Below are positions 1-13,440 of a DNA stretch of 64,000 nucleotides, in pieces. Source of the DNA: Catajapyx aquilonaris. Its lineage: Eukaryota. The notes under the pieces were generated by a model. The model searched no databases. It was not told where the DNA came from and worked only from the letters and a program-made list of their open reading frames with translations. Within the stretch, counting starts at the first letter, position 1, and each line of letters begins with the position of its first letter. The stretch is from positions 1 to 64,000 of the forward strand of contig KZ537986.1 of the NCBI GenBank assembly GCA_000934665.2, in the 5' to 3' direction. A program made the position numbers and the translations under genes.

Positions 1-212
1 GGGTTCGGGTGGCCGTCTAACAACGCAGCCAATAGCGAGCCCCGTTACATGACACGTGACTTTTACCCTTGTGCTCCCCTTACACCGAGTGCTGCGCAGC
101 TTTGTGAATCACTTTACACCTCTCGCTACAACCGGTTGTAAGGGGAGCGTAAAGATATGGGTGTAAATCACTTACGCGCTCGAAAGTTGCGCTCTTTTGT
201 GAATCCTCCCCC
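1..212. mobile_element. Right end of a PIF/Harbinger-like non-autonomous DNA transposon (MITE), truncated by the window start
   Basis: Ends TTTTGTGAATCCTCCCCC (reads GGGGGAGGATTCACAAAA on the minus strand) followed by TGA, consistent with a GGG-starting Harbinger-type TIR and a TNA target site. The TTTGTGAATC motif recurs internally (~101-110), and there are subterminal inverted repeats (TACAACCGGTTGTA; TTTACACC/GGTGTAAA; GCTCCCCTTACA/TGTAAGGGGAGC). The left end is not visible. Confidence 0.55.
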
Positions 213-1809
213 TGAGACGTGAGTCTTTGCATGTGACAGAGAGCAGTTACTGCGCCAGTGTAATGCTAAAAAATAAATGTTGCACTAAAATATGAGATGT
301 TGGAACACGCCGACAACAAATCAGACGAAAAAATTTGATTGCACAGGATTACTAACATTGTTGCTTGTAATTACACCCATGCATCTCGCACTGTTACACG
401 TGATTAAATATTTAAAATCGATTAGAGCAGCAAACCGACCAGGTGCGAAAGCACCAACAATGCAGCGATAAAAATCAAAGCAGAGAGAAATGAAAATCCG
501 CAGAGGTAGAAAGTAGGTAGGCACGTAGGCAGGCAGAGAGGGAGTTCCTCTGCGCAGCTCTCTGAGCACTTACAGTACCAGAGGAGGAAAGGGTGTGTAG
601 GTGGGTGGGGCCGAACCTCGCCAAAAATTCTTCATGCAATCGATAAGCCAACATCAGTTTGCAAAAGCATGCCAAAAGAGACTGCTTTTATGGAGAGGGA
701 AGAAAACAGCGCGGTTCCGTTTTTATACGGCGCCCGGGGAAACAAGTCCGGGGCCTCCAAAAACAGAGGACACACACACACGCTCGTGACAAAAAAAAAA
801 GAAAAAAAGAAAAGAGGAAGAAAGGAACACACCCCGAGGCTGGGAGACAATGCCAATCGAATCTAACCCGGACATAAATACATGCGGGACCTCTCTGTCC
901 CCCTTTCCTTATCAAAACGAGACTTAGATTTCCATGGAGGAGGTGGCCAGGGTTGTGAGTTAAAAGATTGCTGTGGCAGACGAAGATAGTTGGTAGAGAA
1001 GAGACAGAAAGAGTAAAAAAAGGAGAGAAAGATATATACGTGGCGGAGGGAGGGCAGGGAGGGTAAAAGTAATGCCAGACATGTCTCTGGACGGCACTTT
1101 GGCTTCTAATGGAACCTTTTCCCCTTGTTTCTAGGGCAGGGCCATTCTTTGGGACGCCCGACCCAGACGACTGATAGTCGGATTATGCGCTGCATTCCGG
1201 TGGCAAAAAGAATTATTTCGCGGGCAAGTCTCACTGCCATGCAAAACGACGCCCTCGTTTTATCGAATTGCTCCCTGAATAGTTTAAGTTTATGGCCCTT
1301 CTATAGCTTCAGCCGAGGGCAAAATTATTGCTCAAGAAAGAGTACGGGGCGCTTCACCTTTCTCGCCTTGCCAGCGGTGTAAAAGCCCTTCGGGGAACTT
1401 TAGTACGGCGTGTTCTTATCATCGTTACTCAGACAAAACGAACACAACGGGGGGCTGTTGTCAGGTGCGACTCCAGCGATACAGGGCCGCAATTTTGACT
1501 GAACGCTATCAAAATCAAGAGTATTGTCAGCCAAGAGACTGCAAGAACGCTCTGCTCCTTTGGCGTGTACACGAGTTTCCTCTTTTGTCTTCTGTAAACA
1601 GAAGCCGGGTAATTGTCCCGGTCGCGTCGTGTTTCCTCATGCCGTTCAAGTCGATATGACAAAAGGGAGAGGAGAAAGATCTGAATTGTGCACATCGTGA
1701 CACGTAGGAGAAAACGACTTGCACTCCTAATAAAATTCATACAAAAAGTAATACGTGCAACTTGTCAATTAACTTTCTATTATCCTGCTTTGTTACCGAA
1801 ACTGCCATT

Positions 1810-3557
1810 TTATCGACATTGTGCATAGCCATCTCGTGATCTCGTCCTGACCTCATTAGCAGATCGCTTCCGATGGTTCTTGATCCTTACGAAACAAGCT
1901 GACCCAAGGCCCCCCTCCCATTTGGTATGCAGGTGAATGACCACCGTAAACTGCGACCGCCAGCTCCCCCTTTTTGCTGGATCGCAGATGCGCTTCCTTT
2001 TCTTATCGAGAAGGAATTTTATTACCGGGTGGTGCTCAGCCATTTTGAATGACGGATTGGTGCACTTTGGCCGCTCCTGCTCTGGCGTCTGACTGACTTG
2101 GAGGTGTCTCCGGGGTTGCCTCGGCCTGGCAATTGATTTTGACTGCCACAGCTCACTTCCTTTCTGCTCAGGTGTCGTGAAAGACGAGCTCTGTTCAATG
2201 GTCACCATCCCGTAAATTGCTCTAAGTCTATCTTTTATCGCTTCTTCCAGAAATATCCAGCTGAAGCTACTGTACGGTTAAAAAAAACAACTGAAAGATG
2301 TCTGCTGTGTACAGGATATTCTAACGATAAAAACAAGTGTAACGGAATATTGCTGTGTAAGATACCAGAATGGTAATGAACAATCGTAATAATAATACTT
2401 CAAATGAAAATTTAACCCTTTTGCTGCTTCCACTGTTCTTTGGTTGCAGAAATAATAGCATCTAGCTCAAATATTAATCAAGTCCCCTTTGTATGACTTC
2501 TATTCGCATCCAATCATAATTAATTCTTCCCAGTTGAACTGGTTTTTCGTGAACTCTCGGCAAATTCAGCTTTGCACATGCTCGGAACAATTATGACTCT
2601 ATGTTACTACAACATTTTCTGACAATAAATTCAAGGTCTTTCGCTTTCATTAAATATGGATTCTTCTAACCAATCGCAGCAGCGCTCAGGAAGAATCCGA
2701 CCACAGGCGAAAAAAACTGGCTTTTCATACAAGTTATTAGGCAATTATTCATTGGTCCATCCAATCAGCATCCATATTCCACTAACCTTTCATAACATGT
2801 ATACTATGCCACAAACTTCACGTGCACATCTTAAACCCCCTCCCCATCCACGTACTGCTCACATTAAATATTTTCAAGGGTTTCTTACTCCTCTCAAAAT
2901 CCCATGGACTTGCAAGTGCTTCGAGTCCCGTAATCCTCGACTTTCAAAAACTTTCCAGTGCTCATCTTTTCTGAGCATCTCTCAAGAATTTCTAGGATCC
3001 ATTCCAAACCTGTTTGTGGTGCTTCATTCGGGAGTATCAAGGTAATCGAGACGACTGGGAAGCTTAATAAGAAAATAAAAATGCATTTGGTGAAGAAGTT
3101 GAATTACAATTACTTATAAATGAAACTATAATATTCGTTCCCCTTTCGTCGGATGGGCAACGTTTTATAGTTTCTCAAATAAAGACATGCGTAGGTCTAT
3201 TACTACTAGGATCCAAAAGCGTCATACAGCTTCCAATAAACGAAATGATCGCCATGGCAACTGCATAGGCCCGACAAAAGTTTCCAGGGCAAAACGATTC
3301 CCTCTATAACTAGCTCGAAGGAAAAATGTTAAAAAGGAAAAATCTTCAAAGTTCGCACCATGCAAAAGGGCCTGAAATCCAAAAGTCGCACTTGAACAAA
3401 ATTGCGTCATGGGCTGGAGGTCGTTCATCTCGAAATACCGGTACAGCAGGAGTCGGGAGCGCTATACAGTTAGAGCAGCTCCCAGTATCGACCCTGAACA
3501 CTGAGTTTTCCCTGATACGCTTGTACCCTTCCTTCTCCGTCTTGAAATGCATAGTTC
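1810..3557 (-). pseudogene. Possible decayed, intron-split coding remnants of unknown origin (transposon or gene)
   Basis: Three protein-like minus-strand segments each follow a plausible acceptor: ...TTATCTTCACAG|3557 (MHFKTEKEGYKRIRENSVFRV...), ...TTAAGCTTCCCAG|~3054 (VSITLILPNEAPQTGLEWILEILERC..., ends in a stop) and ...TAGCTTCAG|~2260 (WIFLEEAIKDRLRAIYGMV...KFLLDKKRKR, about 149 codons open). AT-rich spacers separate them. No domain recognised. Confidence 0.15.
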
Positions 3558-6500
3558 CTGTGAAGATAATGAGCAGAATGTATGGTGCAAATATAAGTTA
3601 AGAAAATGCAGAGAGACTGTTGTTTCCAGAATACTACAAAGATAGTACACACGGAAGCATAAGGACAGGTATCACCATTCCAGTTAGTTTCACTGGGCAT
3701 CTACTCCAAGTGTACGATACACTGTATCGGTATGTGTGAGGAGTTAATTATACACATAGCCAATCACAAAAGGATTGCAAGTTCTAAATGTTTCAACATT
3801 CAATATTATCGCCTGCAACTTGCAACCCCTTGATTGGGCATAGTGATTTCTTCAGCTGGCAATTCTTGTGCTAAGTGCCCTAGGAGTCATTCTTAATCAG
3901 ACAACTCTTGAACGTGAAGACGTTTACAGCCAGGCCGCTCGTGCCGAATAACATCTGCCTGTCGCACTTGGTGGAACACCCTGTATTGGCCAGGTCGATG
4001 GAATCTGAATATCAGAGCGTATGCAGGCTCGGATCGAAACAACATGAATAGTTCCGGGGCGAAAATCACTTGGAATAAATCTGAGAGGGGGAGGGGGTGG
4101 GGGAATCGTAGCATGGCAAAATCTGGATTCGATCCCAGGCGATCTTTACCTCCACACAATATCTATTAATCGACATTTTTGGGTTTAAGGCCACCCCACC
4201 CACGATTGTCTTTTGGACTCTCCCGGTATCGATACCAAGTTGGTGGCTCTCTCCGGGACACCCCCAGCACCTCATTCCGCACTTTGTCTCCGTCTGCGCC
4301 GTGGTCCTCCATCCCCCGGACGAATCGCCTCCCGGAACACCTCCCCATTCCGCCCTCCCGCCCGCCATTCCCTGCACCCCGGAACCCCTTTGCCTCCTAG
4401 CCATCCACCAATAGCAACCCCTTCTTTCTCTCCCTGACGTCACCTTTCATAGCCTCTCCCCACAAAACCCGCCTCCGCAACTATCGTCCCGGAGGACAAA
4501 TTGGAGATTCCGGATCTTCAAACCACCCGCCCAACCTCTTTTCCAGTGACACACAAGCGGTTAGCCTTTTCTCTCCCATACTCTTTTTTTTCCCCGCAAC
4601 TTGGACTCCGTAACTCCCAGAGTTGCGGTTAAGAGCCCTCCTATATAGTCGGCCCTGTTTGTCCCCCTACTTTTTCTCTCTCCCCCGTTTCGAGTCGCGC
4701 GGTCTCCAGAGAAAGGATAAACATCTGGAGGGTTCCGGTAGATGCCGCTTGCACTTGGTCCGGATCGAGATCTAAAAACAACGGGGCTCGTTTGTCCAGC
4801 TTTTACGCCCAGTCCCTCGCAATACTCAACGAGGCACCCGTAAATGTCTCCTAGCACTTTAGGGGCTTGAAGCGATCGCTCCGAAGCGAAAAAGAGTGCC
4901 CCCACCTTCATCCCAACCTCCCCACATTCCCTTCCACTCCTCATCCACCAACAACCCGGAATTGACTCGCAACGGGTATACACAGCATGCAACGCGGCTG
5001 CAGTACAGTAATTCCTCTCTGCCGAACAGAGGAATTAACATTTCAGGCCCATGAGCACACGCGAGTACTATTCCCGTCTGAGATTAAAACACTGACAGCG
5101 GCGAAACACAAACAGATCGATGGCTCCAGCTCTCGCGGAAAAGGATGATGAAATATAATTTCGCCTGAGCCTCATACGGACAAATCCACTTCCAAAACTG
5201 GCACGGAACCAGACGTGCATAGATTCTCTTCCCCGCCACTTCTACGCAGACATTTCACTCATTAACTTACTCGCCCCCACCCCCCATCCTGTATTATTTT
5301 CACAGTCAACACTGCGTAATATTAACCGTCCCTTTGCCAAACAACTTTCGATCCGGATTTCAGGCAGCTACTATTAGAATCTAGTGTACACAGCGTGTTA
5401 TTAACGCCTGGCTCATTGATTGTCAATTTATCACAAATCACGAGGCACGAAATGGTTAGCAATGCGAACCGATCACCTTTAGTGCATTGTTTTCACTCAA
5501 CATATATCTTTTCTTTTACCTGAAAAGTTGGTTCCCAACGGCCACAATTTTAAACGCTCGTGCTCACGGCAGTATAATATCGTTAATTGCTCAGCTGCAT
5601 AGTATATCGTCAGACAATGGAATGCAAGACCTAAATGGTCAGAGCTGTCAATTGGGACGCGATATCCATTCACAGCACGTTCCGACCTTACCGTTGTCAA
5701 CAGCATTAAACGTCGTGTGTGTATAGCGTCCTTGCTGACGCACCCTGTACATAATCCCGAAATTGATTCGCCATGTTTGCATGCAGTCTAATTATTTTGT
5801 TCCAAAAGCGTGGTAACTATAACGGAATGGTATGACTGACGCAGTTAAAAGCGACGTAATCGTTTTACTACGCGGCATAAATGAATATACACAGTTAATG
5901 CAAGTCAACTGCAGACTACTGATAAGTTGATTGGCCACTTCGAACTATTTGCTTTTAGGCAGCCAATGCCAGTGACGAGAATGATCAACGAGCATGGACG
6001 CAGGCTTTAGCGCGCTGCACATTATGCGTCCGACATGTTCCCGTGGTCAGTGTAAACCTATGTTCATGCTAAATGCATTGCAACTAGTCTATTCGTAGTC
6101 GACAGCAGCGATACTAATTCAACAATGAAGTAATACAATCCGAGGAGTGCAATAATCACGCAAAACCAATTCCTCGCTTATCATGCAGGTGGTAGACAAT
6201 TTGTCAAAATTCATCCCTAAACCTCGCGTTCCATTTTAGGCCGAGTTGCACCACCACTGCTCATACACTAACGAAGGATTACTCTTTTTTTCCATTATTG
6301 GCATCATGGAACTCGTTGCTTCCGACAATTACTAACAGGGAAAACCCGCGGTTGCCAATCAACCTCTAGTAGTCCAAGCAGGAAGGCAGATAACCTAGCG
6401 GATGTCATCACACTCTGGCCACAATTAGCCGGAAATACTGACAGCTTTCGTTACGATATACTGTACATGTTGATGAACTGCCTTCGGTGGTGCAAACCTG

Positions 6501-6760
6501 TCTCAGCGTACTTTTGGCTAACAATATTGCCACGACGTAACACACCTTACTTGACATAAAATCGCCCTGAAACCTTAGTCCTCTCAATCCTTCTCGGATA
6601 ATTAGGACTAATACGTGCGCTTGTAATAGTTCATGGCAACTTCACACATGGTAGTATGACTGTTTTAAAACTGCCGTGCCAACATTACGTAAACAGATTT
6701 CGACTGCATTACATCCGCCTTCCCGGGATGCAACAGGGGAGTGGTTGCCATCGAGCTTAT

Positions 6761-6944
6761 GGTAGCCCCTTAGATTCAGGCAACCCGGCGTACAAGAGAG
6801 CCGCACGGATTGCCAGGAAGAATCAGGATAAGGATCTCTGCGATCTGAATGGTAGGTAGCCCCTGAGTTTCAGGCAACCTGGCTCACAAGAGAGCAGCAT
6901 GGTTTGCCCTGCAGACCCAGGATAAACATGTCCGATTCCTGAAC
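6761..6944. repeat. Diverged tandem duplication, 94-bp period, two copies
   Basis: Copy 1 starts at 6761 and copy 2 at 6855, both GGTAGCCCCT...TTCAGGCAACC...ACAAGAGAGC...CAGGATAA...CTGAA. The ungapped alignment gives 68/90 identity by manual count. Confidence 0.9.
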
Positions 6945-9900
6945 ATTCACCTCAGGTGCATCAACGGCACAAAACTAGACGCAGCATATTCATCGCGACT
7001 TACTTGGCACAAGATTTTAATCGTTCTCATTGCATTTAACCTGGACATGAAGAATACTGTCGGTCACAGCTCCTCACAATGACGGGGAAGGACAAGGGGG
7101 GTCGGGGGTGGGGGAAATCAGGTATTCAGCGAGGTGGAGCGCAAATGGCGGTGCTCGGTGTGCGAAATGCGAGGCAAGGCTGAATCAATCAGCAGGCAAT
7201 CCAGAACACACCGCCGAGGACAAACCGGATAAGCCGAGGGTTGGTTCCGCTGCCTCCTTTCCCCCCGCAACCACGCATCGCCAAGCCTGCTAATGCGAGC
7301 CATTCAAGCGCAAGATTTTGCTTTTCTTGGCCACGTACGCGCCAAATTGCTTTATAGGGCCCGGGAGCTTCCTAACAAGGCGTTAATGAGAGGGATTAGC
7401 GGCAAAAGGAGGGGAAGTCGTAATTACGCCTTGGATGGACCAAGGCGCCCTCTAACCTGATAAGACTTCGACTCCTTTTTTCTCCCCCCGCGTTTCTTTT
7501 AACTTGGCTCCTGACAACCATTTTAAGGCACCTCTTTTATTATCGGGGCGGTTAAGTGAACATCAGTGTCCAATGCGCCAAGGAAACCAGAAGGCGGATT
7601 AGAAAAATGACGGTGTAATTGTCTCGAGGCTAATACCTACCGACTCCTAATTACACGGTGCAGGATTGATACGTCACAGGAGATGTGTCAGGAGGATTAT
7701 GAACGAAATAACAAAGAGCTCACGTCTTCAGACGGCTTTTCTTCTGCGCCGGAATTAAGAGCACGGCCTATGTTTGGCGAAAAAACTAATAAGGTCCCGG
7801 CTAAAAATAAGGTTTTCCCGCACGTCAGCCCTTCCACTTTGACAGGGTAAATTCCTTTATCTTTCCTTATTATTTTGCCCAACTCCCACGCCTATCTCGG
7901 TATCAATATTTAATCATACTATTTCGTCCCTCGCCTTCCTTTTTCCTTCCCTTGTCCCACCAACGACCTTCCCAAGAAACACGAGGCAGAGTGCACTAGG
8001 AGAATCTATACAAATTGTTTCGAGGCTTGAAATGATATCGCCCCGCAAGGCCTTCGCCTAATGTCTTCATTATCTACCCGTCCACAGCGCTTCTCATTAG
8101 CAAGGACCCCTGACTAATCACTTTTCTTAGGCGCGCAAAAGGTCTGCTATTTTCTGCGCCGCCATTACACGCTCGGCTCGACAAGAGATGTGGTCAAAGT
8201 TGAGATGGAGGTGAGAGAGGGACATTTGACTATAGTAGCTCCTTAAAAAGCGTGGAAATTTTTAGAAATACATTTTAAAAATGAGGGTAAGTGATGAGCG
8301 TTTCCCCCTGTCCCCTCTCCTCCTTCCAGCAGGCGCCCCTTTTTCCTTCCTTTCCCTTTTCATCGGGGGCCTCTCCATTCCCACGCTTGGGATTACAGCA
8401 GGAAATTGAGATCCAATAAAGCGGCTCCAAATGAGCCAGCGATAGAATAACAATATATCCTACCTCTCCAGCAAAGAGAGAAAGTTGCAACTGGCAACGC
8501 GTGTTGGGACCCAGCAAATGGGAGGGGAGGGAGGGATGGAAATGTCCGCTGGATTTGAATATTGGTCTCCACATGCCCATTGTCCCCAAACCTCCCAAAC
8601 TGAGATAGGTCCCCTCGGATCACTTGGATCTGTGATAGACGGAAGCGAATGAGGGAAAGAAGACCAGGCAATAAAAGCAATGTGCTCTGGGATCGTGGAA
8701 AAGGGCGAAGGTTTTCGAAGGTCACCATTCCGCCACCGGGGTAGCCGCGTCCAACAACTTTCTCCCGGCATTATATTCCTTTCTTTATGGCCCACTGAAC
8801 AAGAATGGAAGATCCCTGCACCGTGATTTGTTTTACACGATGGCGAGGGGAATTTTGTGGCCGTATAGAATTTGCAGCGGCCGCTCCATGATAAAGCAAA
8901 TTGTACTCTAATTTCAACCGCACCACAACAACCGTCCCTTCTAGTGCATTAGCTCGCGCCGCACGATAGCCTGCTCATGTCAGTAACGTTCCGCACTGTA
9001 CCATTCGTGCAGCAGGGACCATAATTCAGTGATGACGAGTGCAGTAGCAGCAGCCAGGCAGCACACAAAATTCAATGTATCCAGTAATTGCTTCCATTCA
9101 TCCACTCCAAGTGAAGCGTCATGCATCCCGTACTTCATATCCCTCCGGCAGTACTCTTCGTGACTACTGCACACAAAAGAAGGAGAGCAAATCACGTTAT
9201 TCACGCTTGGAAATCCTCAATTTTGAATCCTCCCTTTCTTCGGTTCCTAGGCGACACGAAATGGCGGCCTGGCTGGGAGAAGAAATAGGTGAGAGCCCGG
9301 GGGGAGGAAGAGGGGGGAAAAAAAAGATGAGGAAAAAGAAAAGAGAACAAAGTGAAGAACGGGAGGGTGGAAGGGGGCAGGGAGGAGGTGGAGGTGGAGG
9401 AAGAAGGGGGGAAAAAAGTTCCGTAATCCGTCTGGCTGGACGACAGGAGCGTGTGAAGATAACAGCTTTCCCAGCTCGCCTTCTCTCCTTTGCCTGCCGG
9501 ATTAATTTTGTCTCGAGGCTCATGGGTGTTCCCTCATTCCTGCTCGCACGAAACCTAAGCGGGTTAGGCCCACGCAGACCCTCCCCAACCCCCCTCAACC
9601 TCCAACCAAACTCTGTACAGAAGCTGCCTGTTCTGTTGGAATCGATACCGGACTAGGTCATACAAAGCAGGTCCTCTCCGCGAAAACGGTCTGTGCTGCA
9701 TCTCTCGGGCATCTAAGCTAACCTAACCGCGCCTTGACCCCCAACAGCCGGGTAAAAAAGAGAAGCCGCTTTTATTCCATTGCCAGACACCATCCGAGCC
9801 CAAACTCCGGGGGAATTTTCCGCCTCTCCAGAGAGTCGGAGGAGGGGAAAAAGGGAAAAGAGAAAACGAACGCCAGCGCCAACATATCAAACTCCTTTGC

Positions 9901-10954
9901 ACATCCGGAGCGACAGACCTCGCCTCTCTTTATATTTGAATTCTATTGCCGGAGTTTTTAAGAACTCAAAAAGTACTGCACAGCTCGCAGCAGGATCGAA
10001 TTTCGCTGACTGACACGGTGCTTCGGAAGGAAGGTGGGGTGCTGGGGGAGGCGGCCTGAATGGGGGAGGGAGCAGAGCAAGGGAGAACATGACTAGAAAA
10101 CCTATCAGGTGAAATGGCATTTGGCACATTCGTCTGCAGCAGCCTCGGAGAACAAAGCCAGTGTTTCTATCGGCGGAAATTGTATTTGGGGGCGGTGCTG
10201 TAGGTGAGGGGATAACAAAGACCCTGACGGCGTTTCTTTAAACGACGAATAAATTCCACGGGTCCAGAAATCTCTAAAAGTCTCCCGAGGCGGCAGCGAT
10301 AGCCCTTCTTTCAATAAGCGGGACTCCCTGAGCAAAACTAATGGAGCGTTTTCTCTGCCACTGCATCCAACTCGGCCCGAGTCATCCTTCCTTCCTTCCT
10401 TCCTTCCCCCTCCTTTCCTTTATTTTTTCCCCCCCGTTTCCCTTCACATCCGTCCCCCCCTTCCCGTGGGTCTGGAAGCAATACAGAATCAATATCTCAT
10501 AGCCAGCCAAATGCACGCGGACCTCCCACCGGGCACGAATTTTCCTATCAAACGCGAAGCGACACTTGGACCGGAGGAGCCCGAGAGGTAAAGTCAGGCG
10601 GTTGGAAAAGGGAACAGAGGGGACACTCATCCCGACTGACATCTCTGCACTTGTTCCTCACGCCTCTCTACTCTCCCCAGCCGCTCACTTTCCCCTAAGG
10701 AACACCCAAACTCAGACGGAATCCTTCCCAGGGATTCATCCCCTCCGCCCATTCCCACCACACAAGCTAACCAACTTGGCCATTACGCAGGATTCGTCTC
10801 TCTCTCTCCTTGGTACACAATACCGCAGCCAAAACACACTCAATGGCAACACTACTAGTTCCTTGTGCTAGTCGAGTGTTTCATTATTATAATTATATAG
10901 GCGGTCTAAGTTGCAATTGCAAGAAGGGAACAGGAGAAGCACATAATAGACTGT

Positions 10955-11027
10955 ATTATTCACGCTTGTCGCGCATGCGCATACCAATGTAATATTTCGA
11001 TATGACATGCACATAGGCGTGAATAAT
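10955..11027. repeat. Imperfect inverted repeat / 73-nt hairpin
   Basis: ATTATTCACGCTTGTCGCGCATGCGCATA ... TATGACATGCACATAGGCGTGAATAAT. The outer 11 bp are perfect, extending to 15 contiguous pairs with G:U on the + strand. Confidence 0.75.
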
Positions 11028-12638
11028 CCATTGCATTCCCCCCCTTTTCATCTCCAGATGTTGCATCACCCAGAAGTGCGGTGGCCTAGTGGATAATGCT
11101 TTCCCCTTCCACATCATAAGTTCTGAAATAATTGGCCTGATCGAGAATTCGTATGCACAATTGTGTAAGTGTACTTTAGAAGTTTAGATATTTCTGCCAC
11201 CTCTTAGGGTTAGTCGCTAAAATGGCAAGAAAGGAATTAAAAAGCCAGTTTGATTCAACGGTGCCACTACTCGCAGAGGACATCTCTAAAAAAATGAGGC
11301 CCTACCACCCACCACTGCACAGACACATATGGAGTTGGCCTATGCCCTTTTCCCACGCAACTTGACGCTCAGAGCTTTGCATACTGGCACTCAAGTAAAT
11401 ACACCTGCATAGAAAAGGCCGCATTAACTGTAATGTACTGTACACTACTGGACCAAACCCCACTCAAAGAGGGGGAAAAAAATACCTTTTAAATGCCCAG
11501 TGAACAAGACCTGACTTTAAGCTTTGGGGTTAGGCAGTAACATATTCCCCTGGCAAAGGATGCATAAAAACACTGCAATACTGATTCAGTGGTGATATTC
11601 AATACTCTCACATACGCACGTAAGTCACACCACGCCGGACAAGGTGCGAGAGCTCAATCCCTCTAGGCTTCGCAATACTGACGACACTTTTCCACATATG
11701 TAAATTATGTTATTCGTATATAGGGCGTTATTTGCATACAAATTGGCGGATCATGAAGGAACGGGAATCTTAGATCTGTCATGTAGCATTCTCAGTTAGC
11801 CATGCGAGACATCCCCCTTCCCCAAAATGGCGCCACGTTGGTACCATCAAGAGTCGTCATCTCGCCCTACCTCCATGGTATCTAAATTGCTAGATGGGCT
11901 GCCCCTGGGCACACACGAGTCCCGATAAAACCGCCCTCCACTAATCAAGAGACTACATAGCCTGGCGAAGCTGGCTCGAGAGCAACTTACGCGGATCGCT
12001 ATATTCAGAGTCATGCCCGGGTACAGTATCCAACCTATGCGATGGCTCGGATTTCTCAACATAGAACAACGGTCGTGTTTCTGCACTTTTCCACCATGAA
12101 TATATCATGGGATTTCCCTGACATTCTCGTCCCCTTAAGACTTAAGTGATCTGACTTAAATATAATACGGTATTTTGGCATTTGGTATTTTAGCAATTAT
12201 TTCAATTTAACAAACACCCTTCGTGTAAGTTGGATCAACATGTTGCATACACTTTTAAATGTCGCCCACACAAAACGATGAACAAGCGCCCACCAACCGT
12301 GCGCCGTGTCGGTCAAGCGCAGCAGTACAAATGCGACCATTCCACGCGACGCTTTACTGTAAATTGATTATAATCCGAAACACCCCCAAAATACACACGG
12401 GGGAGGAAAAAATCCAAATCTGTAAACGGTGCGAAGCAGTACAATGCAGCCTATCAAACACCTTCATGCGTGAGCCTTTGTATTTACAGTAGGCTACATT
12501 GTAACGCAGAGTTGCAATTATTTAATTAAACATTTGGTCATATTTTCTTGTACCCCAAGTGCGCTTGATATAAATCACATTATCACATTATGTTCTGCAC
12601 ATCAGCAAACATGGAAGTTGCTACCAGTCTAATTCGCT

Positions 12639-12640
<2 letters not shown>

Positions 12641-12684
<44 letters not shown>

Positions 12685-12728
12685 CATTATTATTATTATT
12701 GTTATTATTATTATTATTATTATCATCA

Positions 12729-12778
<50 letters not shown>
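12641..12778. repeat. (ATT)n microsatellite, about 46 units with ATC/GTT interruptions
   Basis: Directly visible; it generates the poly-Ile ORFs in the ORF track. Confidence 0.99.
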
Positions 12779-13440
12779 GGTTGGCTGGTCGGAGCTGAGT
12801 CATTTCCCCTGAGGGTGTAACTATTATAATGAACACCAACCACATTGTCATTACCATGTCATCGATTCACGTAGTGTTTCAGTAAATTGCGTTTGTACAG
12901 TGTTAACACAACCAGTTATGGCCCAGCATGGCCGAACCTATACTCCCATCTCGACCTGAGGTACTTGTGGGATATAAAATCTCTCGCTGGCTCAAGACAC
13001 CCCCCCACTTGCAGTAAGTTTCGTATCCGCTTGATATCAGATACGCGGACAGTTTCAGCCCTAATTGAAAATCAGATCCCGGCGAGGATACAATATAGCC
13101 CCCTCCCCCTCCCCCCGGTCCCTCGAAGGCACTTTTACCCCTCCTCTGTAGCCCCGGGTTGATCCAGCCTTTCCCACGAATCAGAGCCTGTCACTGAATT
13201 GCGAGTGAGTTCCTTATGGCTCAGCAGGCGAGCCAGGCTCTCAACTTTGGGCCGCCCATCCAACAGCCCCTTCACTGTTTTAGCGCCAAAGAGCCGTTTT
13301 TCACCCCATTGAGAAAGCAGCTTCGCTCTGGACACAGCTGTATAGGGAATAGCAAAGGTCGTTTCCCCACCGCCGCTGACGTCATCCGGCAACCATTTTG
13401 GATCAGAGGAGAGCTTTCCAAACAAAAATATTCGCCTTAC

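Noticed and set aside
3477..3500. FRVDTGS as a retrotransposon aspartic protease motif
   Set aside because: The motif is short, and there is no downstream protease signature, reverse transcriptase, integrase or LTR nearby.
3974..3990. Tc1/mariner-like TA-CAGGGTG ends (also 5741, 20940, 46119)
   Set aside because: No inward-facing partner TIR was found. The 14-bp match between 3977-3990 and 46114-46127 points outward.
6725..6944. HDV-like ribozyme or C/D snoRNA reading of the tandem repeat
   Set aside because: P1/P3-like stems can be drawn on the minus strand, but the catalytic J4/2 strand and a consistent P2 are missing, and there is no box C.
11082..11092. tRNA A-box TGGCCTAGTGG
   Set aside because: There is no B-box or cloverleaf downstream; at most a SINE scrap.
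12583..12843. Poly-Ile 'membrane protein' ORFs (also 62998-63243, and poly-Asn 47810-48157)
   Set aside because: These are translations of (ATT)n microsatellites.
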